Assembly: GCA_950097015.1 (NCBI GenBank)
Contig: CATNEN010000033.1
Span: 62,001 to 126,000, forward strand
DNA length: 64,000 nt
Source: Macrostomum hystrix
Taxonomy: Eukaryota; Animalia; Platyhelminthes
Direction: 5' to 3'
The notes beneath the pieces are model-generated. The model saw nothing but the letters and a program-made list of their open reading frames with translations. It made no database searches and was not told where the DNA came from. The position numbers were made by a program, and so were the translations under genes. Below, in pieces: positions 1 through 12,214 of this stretch (position 1 is its first letter; each line of letters begins with the position of its first letter).

Positions 1-1
1 G

Positions 2-1509
2 AATGGGCACCGAGTCTGCGGCTTCTTCCATCCGGGATTCGCTCGCACTGCGTCCGCCGCCTGGAATTTCGACAAATCGACCGGCAACGTATTTGAGCAC
101 ATCACAGCCACCGAGCTCTACAAGCTGAGCAACAAGAAAATTCCAGGCCAGAACGATGACGACGATGACGATGAGAAGGCTCAGTGCTTCAACTTCAACG
201 AAGCCTGCGAAATGATTGCCACCGGGGGCAAGAAAGCAAAAAAAGGAGAAGCGGAGAGTGTGCCGCCATTCGCTGCGGAGGACTCCGATGGTGACAAATT
301 TCTTGAGAGAGACTTTCAAAAATTTCACTGGCGCTTAAAGTACATGATTGAAGTGCTGTGCGCCAAGATGGACCCTATTGTGCGAGACAAGCCAGGCACC
401 TTCCAGATCTTTGGGCTCGACATACTAATCGATTCCGACACCAAGGTAAATAAAGGGTAAAAATAGAATAATCAGAGTACTACTCTCAATAATTCTTCAC
501 CTACAAATTGCAGCCCTGGCTACTTGAGGTCAACTCTCATGTGGCCACTGAGCAAATCTATGATCGAACTCAGTGTCAGGTTATCTCAAATGTTGTCACT
601 GAAGCCATCTGCATCGTAGTTGAATTGTTTCAGAAGGCTATCGAGGTAACTTCACTATTTTATAATGGTGTTTGAGCAAGCTATCGAAATCATACTTTTT
701 TGTTCGATTAGGTCCTAGTAGAAACAAATTTGCAGATCGATTTTGAATCAGAATAAACAGAAGTTTCAGTCAAATTTAGTTTTATGTCACTCAAAGATCA
801 ACCGCTCCACTTGTCACGCCACAGGAGGAGGCCATCGCCCTTGAGATTGAGCAGCGAGAGGCTCCACTAGCCAAGCTGTCGCGGTCCCAGCGCTTCATGA
901 CAGCCAAGGATCAGCAGGAAGCCATCGATAATCTCTCCGCTTTGTTAGATATGACGGAAATCTCCAAGCGAAAGCCGCCAATCTTCATGCAGAACTTCTT
1001 CTGGTGGTACGACACGCCACGCTATCGCTGGATCAAGCCGTGGGTGATTCGCAAACCCAGGCCAGTCCAGGAAATCCCGTGGTATTCGCAGACTTTCCTC
1101 ACCTTGGTCAAACGAAACGACGCCATGATGCGATGCAACATCAAAGCCGATGAAGTCACCGCGAATCACGACAAAATGGACTATTTCAGACATGTTTTCT
1201 GGCGGGTGAGCGATTAGCAAATTCTACCAATAAGCCATTAGGCCCGTGCAAATACGATTATGACAACTTCTAGCAACTAGCGTGTTACATGATTTATGAC
1301 ATTCAAATAGCATATCGAACGCCCGATTTTCAAATCCGCAGGATAATATGGAGTCGCAGATAAATGCTTTCGAAAACAAGATTCAGAAGCAGGGAGAAAA
1401 ATTTCAGCAGCGGAAAGAAAGAATTCAGCAGCCAGCCAGCAGTGGCACCAGTGTCAGCGAATCTCCAGCAGGCCATGTCTTCGAATCTAGCAACATTTCG
1501 CCCAAATGA
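2..1509 (+). CDS. Tubulin-tyrosine-ligase-like protein, closest to the TTLL10 polyglycylase type (5' end outside window)
   Basis: Exons <2-445, 514-645, 825-1205, 1342-1509; all junctions GT-AG and phase 0. Contains FQIFGLDILID and PWLLEVN (TTL ATP-grasp core). VISNVVTEAICIVVELFQK resembles the TTLL10 VIPGVVIETLDLVLETF segment. Confidence 0.8.
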
Positions 1510-2012
1510 ATTTAAAAGAGGTGTTCGGACTGATGTGCGAATCAAAAACATGATGTTCCACAGGCTGAACCAGCTCAAATGGAATATTGAACTTGCTATC
1601 GACTTTGCGGCCATACTGTTGTTTTGAGCGGTGTATCGAGTTTTTGCATTGTACCATTTTCATTTTGTATACTTTACAAACAGAATGCTTTTTGTAACCT
1701 CTTTAGAAATTGAAGCCTTTTGGGCCTAAGAAAATATATGACCATGTACCATATTCTGTGATTTTTCCGTTTTTTTCTGGCTTGAATACAAGCTAAACGA
1801 TAAACTACCAACAAACACTTGAAAATTTAGGTTTAAAAATAATATAGATGAACTGCAGGCTTGAAGGCAAAGCAAGTGTTAAACTACGATTTGGCATTGC
1901 GGGCCACAATGTGTAGAATAATTTCAAAAGTCTTAAAGAGCTAGCTTGCATTGAATCAAAACTAATAGCAGCAATAAGATTTTTAATAGGTTGGCAAATT
2001 AAACCAAACAAT

Positions 2013-5000
2013 TCAAAGTGCCACAGGCGATGCAGCTTCGTTTATTCGGCGCCTGGAATTACTTCCAGAAGGGCAACTGTTGACCAGCACGAGGCTTGCA
2101 GCCACCGGAGCATCAGTGCTTCGACTCTTCACCAGGAGGTGTTGCAGCAGCTTCCTCCGCTTCTGCATAGGAGGCTGATCTTGTACAGAGTGAGTCGCTT
2201 CGCAAGGAGATGACCGGACTGGATTTCTAAAGATTGGGAATCAGCAGAATAAATAGCAGAGAGCTGAAGTTATGCGTAAAAATTTAAACTTTTCCTGATT
2301 GTTTTGAGCACCCAATGGCATATGCTACGGTTGGCCGTTGTTTTAACTATTCGCAAAATTACCTTTGGATGCCTGCCGAGCACTTCTGCTGCTGAATCTC
2401 CTGCTGGTGCTGCTGCCAGAGCTTCTTCAACTGTCGACTTCGTCTTCGCCTGGCTCGCGTGCGCCTGAGCTCGCGGATGTTACTAACAGCCAGACTGTAG
2501 CCTTTGTGCAGCGTGAGCAGAACTCCGCACAGGGCGGCCCCGACACTCCACACGGACTGGGTGCGCATGATGTAGGACTCGGCTACGATGCTACTTTTCC
2601 ACTCGAAGAAGAGGAAGAACTGCTTCTGCTGCTTTCCTCGACGCTGCTGTGAAGCATTGCCGTCAGTTTGGTGACGGTCCCAATGCCACACAAGGCTGTA
2701 CTGTAAATGATCGAGGCGCAATAGTTGTGTGCGGCATACTTGACCTGTTGGGGATTTCCCTTGGCAAATACATCCTTTTTTATTTACACGAGGCCTTCTT
2801 AAATTCATTCGATCCTGAAGAAGCCTGAAGAAAAATGTATGAAATCATGCATCATAATGTATGTTAGCATGCATCATAATGTGTGTTAGCATGCATAAAT
2901 CTCACCTCCAAGTCAAGAACCACCTGTGTCGTCTCGTCGCCGCCCTCCAGCTCCATGCGAGTCATGCTCAGCCGGTTCCACATGCGCAGCCCAGCCGAAG
3001 CGGCGTGCATCGGCTGGTGACTGCGGATGCCGCTGATGAAGTCCAGCTGATCTGCCTGTGAGCTGGAATGACATCGATCAATTATAAAATTTGTCTTTAA
3101 TATTTTCACAACTTCGAGATCAACTATTCTTAGTAGTAAAAACGTGCAGAGCACGAAGCATATTTCACCGAATAGATTGCCTGATTGAATAATTTCGATT
3201 TTTATAAGCAATACGACGAAACAAGACGAAAACAATCAATAGTCACTCATGTCTACAAATACCATGCAAAGTACCATGCCATCAATAAATTGATGCAACC
3301 AACCGATTCGAAAACAGCCAGTAGTTGTGAAACATCAGAAACCCCAACGAGTAAAACTCCTGGTCGTCATTGCTGTCAACGGTGAAGTACAGAAAAAGCG
3401 TCTCCTTCTCTTTGACCCTGGCCGGTCCCATGAATATGAGGATGCCATGCCCAGCAGACTCGTCAGTTTCATTGTCTGCCCCATCTTTGTAGGTCAAGCT
3501 TCGATAGTTGCAGTTGGTCTGGTTCAGATTCCACTGGGTGGCGTGGTCTGAAATCGAGATGGTTTAAAGCGTGATTGGATCCTTGGGGAAGAAGACAGAC
3601 CAGCTCGTGAGAGGTCTCCGGGTCAGGCTCCCGTCTGGTCCTCCGTCATCAACGTCATCAATTTGTACGAGTAGTGGCGCCCCGTGGTGGTGGCGCCCCC
3701 CATTAATGAAGCTGGCGCCTCATGGTAGTGGCATAGTGGGGCCCCCTCATAGTGGCGCACCCGTGGTAGTGGCGCGCCCATGTGGAGCTGAACATGGCCC
3801 TGTGTGGATACCTCTCTTTGCCGCGATGGACTACAACCAGATAGTGGACCTGCTTGCCAAGGCTGGCGACAAGGAGTCTCTAAACTCATGACGAGTTCAT
3901 CTCATTTATGCCGTCCTTGGAGGCCAAATAGTGAAGCCATTTTACCTGCACACGACTCTTCAACAAGTTTGCTTCAAAGATTTCCTTTATCATAATGTCA
4001 TACATAATAATTAAACTTAAATTATGTTTCTGCGTGGAATATAGATGCAAAACGAAATTTATAAACAAATATGGAAGCATTTTGATTTCGATTTCCGTGG
4101 TCAGTGGCCAGTGGCGTATTTGTAGTCAGTGGCGTACCACATGGTGACGCCCCCGTTGTAGTGGCGTCCCCATGCGGTAGTGGTGCCCCCATGTGGTAGT
4201 GGCGCCCCCATGTGGTAGTGGCGTCCCCATGTGGTAGTGGTGCCCCAATGTGGTAATGGCGCCCCCATGTGGTAGTGGCGTCCCCATGTGGTAGTGGTGC
4301 CCCAATGTGGTAATGGCGCCCCCATGTGGTAGTGGCGTCCCCATGTGGTAGTGGTGCCCCAATGTGGTAATGGCGCCCCCATGTGGTAGTGGCGTCCCCA
4401 TGTGGTAGTGGTGCCCCAATGTGGTAATGGCGCCCCCATGTGGTAGTGGCGCCCCCATGTGGTAGTGTGGCGCCCCCATGCGGTAGTGGCGCCCCCATGT
4501 GGTAGTGGCGCCCCCATGCGGTAGTGGCACCCCAATGTGGTAGTGGCGCCCCAATGCGGTAGTGGCGCCCTGGAGAGGAAGCAACGCCCTTGAGAGGCAT
4601 TGTAGTCAGTGTGGCGTAGCCAGGATTTTTGTCTAGGGAGGGCCGCACATTTTGGGGGCGCCACGACTGGGGGGCACCACTACCTGGGGGTCTAGTGAAA
4701 TAGGCGTTTCATTAAGCAATGAGGAGATGAGTAAAGCAAAGCGTGATTGGAGATGCAGAAACAACAAATGCCAAATTCTAATCCTGAACCTGAAATATTA
4801 TCTTTCTAGTATGAGTAAGAACTGCTATAAATTATGAGCTAGATTTAAACTGGTTATTTTGTTCAGTGCCCCATCCCTAGAATGCATTCTGAGACTCACG
4901 CACTCCAGAACTCAGCGCTGAGCAGTCTGTAGTAGCTGCAGGACTGCAGAGCCGGTCCGCTAGGAAAGAATGCGATGCCTGCAGTTTTGAGGAGCAAATT

Positions 5001-5920
5001 AACGACGAGTAAAAAATTTTTCTGAGAAACACGATCTCTACTGTGATGAGTTTCTTCCATATTAAGCACATAGTTGACCGCAGCCGTATTGGATGTCTTG
5101 TGTCTCTTGGGAGTTTTGTGGAAAGAAATTCACTTGCCATAGCAGTTGGCTGTGTCAAAGCAAAGTGGAATGCAGCAGTCAGCAGGGCTTCTGTCGACTA
5201 GTTGAGTCCAAAATTACTAGTTGAGTTGCGGTGCGAGTTTGACTTTCTTCCGAATTTCAGCTCCACTTTCCTTAATTTTTCGCACTTCTCTCAAGTTTCC
5301 TTAAATAGTTCCTAATTTCGTTTCTCTCGCTAGTTTACACTCCCACTTACGTTTTCGTATCATTCTGATCATTCCAAAATCTAGTTTTATTTAGCTTGCG
5401 AAACAAAATTCTATTGCAACCTACCCGGCGCCTCATACTGGTCAACTGGTCGATGCTTCACAGAGCGCACAGGAAACCGAGTTGCCTGCAGCAGGTCCTG
5501 GATCAGCTGCACTGTAAAAAGGCATGCTGCTACGCCAACAATCGCCATGGCAACGGTGCTGATCACGCGCCAGTAATATTCGCGTTTGGATATGTACTTT
5601 TCTTCAACTATCGGTTGTTGGCCAGTTGAGGCACCAGCTGCTGCAGTAAAACCTGTGGAGCTGTATTAATTTAGAAATACTAAATGAAACCTAAGCTGAA
5701 CTAGGAGGTCAATTAGTACTCTAGAACCAGGAGTTACTAATTGCTCTATAAAAGTATGCAAAAAATTATCAACTGCATGTACTAAGGAACGCGGACAATC
5801 ATAAAACTAAAACCACACTTACCTGGCGCCTGCAACAAGACTACTCGCACTTCGAATCATAGCCTTACTCCATCGCCGTCCATCGGAACTGCTGGGTGCT
5901 TCACAATTATTCATTTCCAT
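2013..5920 (-). CDS. PACC1: Proton-activated chloride channel PACC1/TMEM206 homolog, about 453 aa, 7 exons
   Basis: Exons 5920-5823, 5660-5425, 4978-4904, 3547-3304, 3062-2906, 2700-2363, 2226-2013 join in frame (1362 nt). TM1 is followed by FPVRSVKHRPVDQYEAPGIAFFP..LQSC (human HPVMSVSYKEVDRYDAPGIALYP..LLSC). Also FMGPARVKEKETLFLYF (QGPREVKKRELVFLQF), SAGLRMW (SGGFRTW), FFLFFEWKS (FFVVFEWKD) and TM2 WSVGAALCGVLLTLHK (WNTIALLCGAFLALFK). Confidence 0.85.
4120..4580. repeat. GC-rich minisatellite, ~19-bp unit (CCCCATGTGGTAGTGGCG) with a ~57-bp higher-order period, in PACC1 intron 3
   Basis: Visible tandem units. A related short patch lies at ~3676-3790. It is flanked by CAGTGGCGTA-type MITE-like ends at ~4110 and ~4607. 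Confidence 0.9.
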
Positions 5921-6836
5921 TTCAGCGCTACAAAAGGAGAACACATGTGCTGCCTTGTGGGAGCCTCTCGTGTCCTTTTATATTCATCCTGCAAATCGAC
6001 CTCAGCCAAACAAATTCACGCACTGCCTGTAATTCTGACTCAAGTCCCATCTGACCATCAAGGGAGCCAATCATAGCTGTTTGAGTGATCTCAGAAGTTT
6101 GCGCATGATTAGTAAAGGAAGTTTCTCTTGGATTCTCGTAGAATCAATTGTCAATAAGTTTCCTGGTAAAAAAACGGAATGTGAGCTATTAAATTAATTA
6201 CAACATATATAAACTTTTACAAAGTTTGACAAGTATTCCAGGCGAAGAAAAGAAAATTAATTTAAGTGCTTCCAATTGAGGACATAGCAATAAAGCGAAG
6301 TTAAATAGAAAATTTTAGCTTTTATTTTTGAGTGACTTCTGGTAGTTGCATCTTCAAAAAAACATGTTTCGTTCATTCGATTGATTTATTGCAATTGGAC
6401 GTTAGGACTTAAAATCAGGAGTTTCTTAGAATCTCATTGTCGCCTCCTTTTAGGGCAAAAACAAGCCGAGATAAATGGATTTTTTGGTAGCTCTGTGCAT
6501 TATTGGCTAGGTTTTAAAAAACGTTCGCAGAATAAACCAAGGAATCTACTTATTACGCCCACATTTTAGCATGGCTTCCTTAGGCCAGTTGTATGTATTG
6601 CTTTATTTATTTTAAATTATTTTTATCGATTTTTAAAGCCTATTAGATTTTATTACTTTTTAGCTTATACAAATGATTTTATTTTTTTCATGTCCAACAG
6701 TTCAACTAGGCCAACTAGGCCTAGGGCCTAGCGAAATATCTTCAGTCAGGAATAGGACTGCTATTGTATATTATTTATCTAAAATTCTAACTTAGGGCAG
6801 GCCTAGCCTAGGCCTATAACATCAAATCATGTCGAG

Positions 6837-6991
6837 CAGTAGCATAGTGGGGTCATAGGCAATGGCTCCATGGGCCATGCCAAAGCCACTGTCATTGCCC
6901 ACTGTGTAGCAGGATTAATCCTAAAAATCTGGCATCTGGCCCTGGTGGTCAATGTCATGACCCTCCTTGACCCCTGTTGGCTATACCACTG
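6837..6991. mobile_element. Old hAT-like MITE
   Basis: Imperfect TIRs CAGTAGCATAG / CTATACCACTG. The 8-bp flanks ATGTCGAG and CTGTCAAG match at 6/8. Confidence 0.5.
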
Positions 6992-7684
6992 CTGTCAAGA
7001 ATAATAAAGGCAAAAGTCATTGGTAAATGATTATGCTAGGCCTATATAGAATTTTGTACCAGGCAACATGTAGGCCTATCTCTATGGCTGGTATAGGTAG
7101 CTAGCCTCAAATGACAGGTAATAGTATAATTAAGTATATACCTATGGGCCTAAATGACCATAAAATGATAGCATTCTGAAACCACAGCATTTCTTGTCCT
7201 TAGTTGGCCTAGAGTAGGTGAAAATAAAACTAATTTAAAAGAAAATGAGTATGTAGATATTCTCTATATGATAAAATGTTTCATATTGAAAGTAATATCA
7301 AATCTATTAAAGTAAATTTTTTTCATATGCTTGAATTTTTTTTCAAATGTCTTCATTCAAGCATATGACCTAAGGTTCTGTCATTTAGAAAGTGTTTAAC
7401 CTGAGTATGATATACAACAGGCAGACACATGAAATTTGTCTTATTAACATTAGACCATCAAGAAATGTTTTTCACACCTTGACAAATAGACAATCTTGGT
7501 ATATTATGTGAATCACATATGTGAATATGTGAATGGTCTGAGTGATTTTTGCAATTAAGTCCTTGTTTATTAGCTTAGACAACTAAAACTCAGATATATA
7601 TCATATGAGAAAATAATTTTCCCTCTATCCTCTCTGACATTATCTATCCTCCTTGCTGTGTATTCTGAACTTGTACACTCAGAA

Positions 7685-9830
7685 ATGTTCGGTCAAGTAG
7701 TGATTGGTCCGCCGGGCTCTGGAAAGTCCACCTATTGCGCTGGTATGTCTGAACTACTTCGGCGCCATCTGAAACGCAATGTGGTGCTGGTTAACTTGGA
7801 CCCAGCCAATGATCAGCTACCATACAAAGCAGACATTGATCTGACTGAGCTGGTGCGCCTGGAAGAAGCTATGGAGCGCTTGGGCCTCGGACCAAATGGT
7901 GGCTTGCTCTTCTGCATGGACTTCCTACTGAAGAATGTCGACTGGCTCCTGGATAGAATGAAAGAATTTTCCAACGCCTACTTTCTATTAGACATGCCAG
8001 GTTTGTGATAGATGCGTAGAAAAAAACTTGTGCATGGATCATATCGGCTCGTAGCTACTCAAATAATGGCACTGCAGTGTCACCTTTCTGAAAATTTTAA
8101 GTTGGACCGATTTACAATTAGTGGCACAGCAATTCGCATGCAAAAACACTAGGTACAGTACAGCTGTTCAGTCCACGGACTGGGGATGCCCTTCCTAGCG
8201 GAATATCATACGAATTCAGAATCCAAACTCATATCAATTATAAAAGTAACTGCAGCAACTAACAAATACAAAACTCAACAGGCCAGGGGGAACTGTACAC
8301 CAGCGACCAATCAGTGCAATTCACCCACCTCCCCAACAGGCCAGGGGGAACTGTACACCAACGACCAATCAGTGCAATTCACCCACCTCCCCAACAGGCC
8401 AGGTGGAACTGTACACAAACGACCAATCAGTGCAGCGGCTGCTTGACCACCTGACTAGCAAATGTGACTACAGACTAGCCTGCGTTCACCTGGTCGACTC
8501 TCATTATTGCACAGACGCCGGCAAATTCATTGCAGTACTGCTCACTAGCCTGAGTGCTATGCTCAACCTGCAGCTGCCTCACGTTAATGTTCTATCCAAG
8601 GCTGACCTCATTGAACAGTACGGCGAGCTGCCATTTCACATAGACTACTTCACTGACGTGCTGGACCTGTCCTATCTGGTGCGGAGCCTGGAGGGAGACC
8701 CCGTGCTGCACAAGTATCACAAGTGAGCATAGACTGACTCATTTCAGCAGCACCGATTGTTTTTGCATTGGGCTTGTTTAGGGCTGTCAATTTCCTCCGA
8801 TTATTCAGGGTCACCTTCCCCCTCCAATAATTCAGGGTCACCTTCCCCCTCCTATAATTCAGGGTCACCTTCCCCTCTAATAATTCAGGGCCACCTTCCC
8901 CCTCCTATAATTCAGGGTCACCTTCCCCTCTAATAATTCAGGGTCACCTTCCCCTATAATAATTCAGGGCCACCTTCCCCCTCCTATAATTCAGGGTCAC
9001 CTTCCCCTCTAATAATTCAGGGTCACCTTCCCCCTCTAATAATTCAGGGTCACCTTCCCCCTCTAATAATTCAGGGTCACCTTCCCCCTCTAATAATTCA
9101 GGGTCGACTTGCCCCGGTTATGCAGTGTCACCTTCCCTCCAATAATTCAGGGCCATCTCCCCCCCCGATTATTCAGGGTCACCTTTCCCCCCCCCGATTA
9201 TTCAGGGTCCCCTTTCCCACCGATTATTCAGGGTCACCTTCCCCCCGATTATTCAGGGTCACCTTCCCCCCGATTATTCAGGGTCACCTTCCCCCCGATT
9301 ATTCAGGGTCACCTTTCCCCCCGATTATTCAGGGTCCCCTCCCCCCCGGTTATTCAGGGTCACTTTCTACCGATTATTCAGGGTCCCCTTTCCCCCCGAT
9401 TATTCAGGGTCACTTTCTACCGATTATTCAGGCTCCCCGCGATTATTCAGGGTCACCTTCCCCCCGATTATTCAGGCTCCCCGCGATTATTCAGGGTTTG
9501 ATTTGAAGCCACCCGGTTCGCACCCACCCTAGATTCACCAGCGCCCTGGCGGATCTGGTTGAAAGCCACTCGCTGGTTAGTTTCAGCCTTCTGGACATTC
9601 AGGATCGCGAGTCGGTACTCCGTCTGCTGCGCGGCGTCGACCAGGCCAACGGCTACGTGTTCGGCGATGCCGAGGAGAGGAGCATTGCCGCGCTGCTGTC
9701 CTGCGCTGTTGGCGCTGATTTCGAGTACGCCAAGATTCAGTCGGTGCACGAGAAGTACACTGGCGGGGGCGAGGCCAAGAATGCAACGCCAGATGGCGAA
9801 GAGGACATTCAGATCGACTTTCTGGCATAG
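7685..9830 (+). CDS. GPN2: GPN-loop GTPase 2
   Basis: Exons 7685-8000, 8398-8722, 9533-9830 in frame. Motifs GQVVIGPPGSGKSTYC, NLDPAND, GPNGG loop, DxPGQVELYT, HVNVLSKADL and VDQANGYVFG. Confidence 0.92.
8276..8433 (+). repeat. 58-bp triplication spanning the GPN2 intron 1 / exon 2 junction
   Basis: CAACAG|GCCAGG(G/T)GGAACTGTACAC...GACCAATCAGTGCA occurs three times, giving acceptors at 8282, 8340 and 8398. Confidence 0.9.
8790..9497. repeat. ~23-bp minisatellite (ATTATTCAGGGTCACCTTCCCCCCG) in GPN2 intron 2
   Basis: Visible tandem units of variable C-run length. Confidence 0.92.
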
Positions 9831-10029
9831 GGCATTGTTCGCTTTTTACTGAATGTCATTTTGGGCCGTTTCTCGTGGTCCCCTTGACTGATTTGTTATA
9901 ATATATCTGTGCCGGTTCCCTAATTACTCTGCTGTCAGTCCGTTTTCACTGTCAATATCAGCCATTTACCTGATTGTTTCTACTGTTTTCCTAGCCTTCT
10001 GCTGTTTCCTTCCAAATCTTTGGGCTATT

Positions 10030-11520
10030 TCCCTGATCCATTCAGCTGCTTCTCAAACCTATTCGGCTGTTTCCCCATTCTATTCGGCTGTTTCCCAAAT
10101 CCATTCGACTGGTTCCCAAATCCATTCGGCTCTTTCCTTAATCCCATAGGCTGGTTCCCCGTTCTATTCGGCTGGTTCCCCGTTCTATTCGGCTGGTTCC
10201 CCGTTCTATTCGGCTGGTTCCCCGTTCTATTCGGCTGGTTCCCCGTTCTATTCGGCTGGTTCCCCATTCTATTCGGCTGGTTCCCCATTCTATTCAGCTG
10301 TTTCCTTAATCCATTCGACTGTTTCCCAAATCCACTCGACTGGTTCCCAAATCCATTCGACTGGTTCCCAAATCCATTCGACTGGTTCCCAAATCCATTT
10401 GACTGGTTCCCAAATCCATTCGGCTGTTTCCCTAATCCATTCGACTGTTTCCCTAATCCATTCGACTGTTTCCCTAATCCATTCGACTGTTTCCCTAATC
10501 AATTCGACTGTTTCCCAAATCCATTCGGCTGTTTCCCTAATCCATTCGGCTCTTTCCTTAATCCATTCGACTGTTTCCCTAATCCATTCGACTGTTTCCC
10601 TAATCCATTCGACTGTTTTCCTAATCCATTCGACTGTTTCCCTAATCCATTCGACTGTTTCCCAAATCCATTCGGCTGTTTCCTTATTCCATTCGACTGT
10701 TTCCCTAATCCATTCGACTGTTTCCCTAATCCATTCGACTGTTTCCCTAATCCATTCGACTGTTTCCCTAATCCATTCGACTGTTTCCCTAATCCATTCG
10801 ACTGTTTCCCTAATCCATTCGACTGTTTCCCTAATCCATTCGACTGTTTCCCTAATCCATTCGACTGTTTCCCTAATCCATTCGACTGTTTCCCTAATCC
10901 ATTCGACTGTTTCCCTAATCCATTCGACTGTTTCCCTAATCCATTCGACTGTTTCCCTAATCCATTCGACTGTTTCCCAAATCCATTCGGCTGTTTCCTT
11001 ATTCCATTCGACTGTTTCCCTAATCCATTCGACTGTTTCCCTAATCCATTCGACTGTTTCCCTAATCCATTCGACTGTTTCCCTAATCCATTCGACTGTT
11101 TCCCTAATCCATTCGACTGTTTCCCTAATCCATTCGACTGTTTCCCTAATCCATTCGACTGTTTCCCTAATCCATTCGACTGTTTCCCTAATCCATTCGA
11201 CTGTTTCCCTAATCCATTCGACTGTTTCCCTAATCCATTCGACTGTTTCCCTAATCCATTCGACTGTTTCCCAAATCCATTCGGCTGTTTCCTTATTCCA
11301 TTCGACTGTTTCCCTAATCCATTCGACTGTTTCCCTAATCCATTCGACTGTTTCCCAAATCCATTCGACTGTTTCCCTAATCCATTCGACTGTTTCCCTA
11401 ATCCATTCGACTGTTTCCCTAATCCATTCGACTGTTTCCCTAATCCATTCGACTGTTTCCCTAATCCATTCGGCTGATTCCATAATACATTCGGCTGATT
11501 CCATAATACATTCGGCTGTT
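10030..11520. repeat. 21-bp minisatellite (TGTTTCCCTAATCCATTCGAC)
   Basis: About 70 units, diverged at the left edge and homogeneous in the core. Confidence 0.95.
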
Positions 11521-12214
11521 TCCTTGATTACCAGTCTGTTTTCCTGCTAACATTGGGTGGTTTCCTTTTAAGTTTTTCGGTTTCCCCGGCCTCCCTGGCC
11601 GGGATTCGGATTAGGTCGATACAAATTTGGCGAGCCTATTTTCTCTTTTGTTATAAATAGTCGCACAGTTGATTTAAAAATGTTTAATAAAACTTAGAAA
11701 TAAATATTTCTTTACAATGTCTGCATTTCCTACTAACTAAGTAGACAGTGCTGCTACTGTGCTGCTGCTGTACACAAAAGGTACAAAATGTCAATAAAAA
11801 AAGTGTTTTTTGTAAGCATAAAGAATACAAATAATTAAACATAAACTTAGAGAAAGTGCATTATTAGGATTTCTAAAAATTGTCAAAACAATGATATAAA
11901 AAATTACATAGGCCAATTCGCATTCGTGGCTAATTACGAGTAACAAGGAGCTATAATTTAAGATTAACTTTAAGTTGATAAGTGCTTCGATATGGATACT
12001 CGATACGAGGTGGCTGTGCGATTGATAATTCTGGAATAAAAGCTTAACTTTCCTATACGACCTACCTGTTAATTGCGTGACTAGATTAACTCGTGCGAAG
12101 GCGGCAGCAGATTTAAAGAAAGGGAAGACAAAGGAAAAAAACTGAAACATAATAGTAACACTCAGCTAGTTGATTATGGCTAATAGGATTAAACTACTCC
12201 TATAATAGACAAAC

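Noticed and set aside
1330-1627. ORFs 1330-1614 (-) and 1364-1627 (+)
   Set aside because: They overlap the third frame, 1342-1509, which splices in phase as the last TTLL exon.
2365-2652. + strand ORF with a signal-peptide-like start
   Set aside because: Antisense shadow of PACC1 exon 6.
10020-11550. 383-485-aa ORFs (FPNPFDC / IRETVEW / LIHSTVS repeats)
   Set aside because: Translations of a 21-bp array, open in several frames and on both strands, with no splice or domain support.
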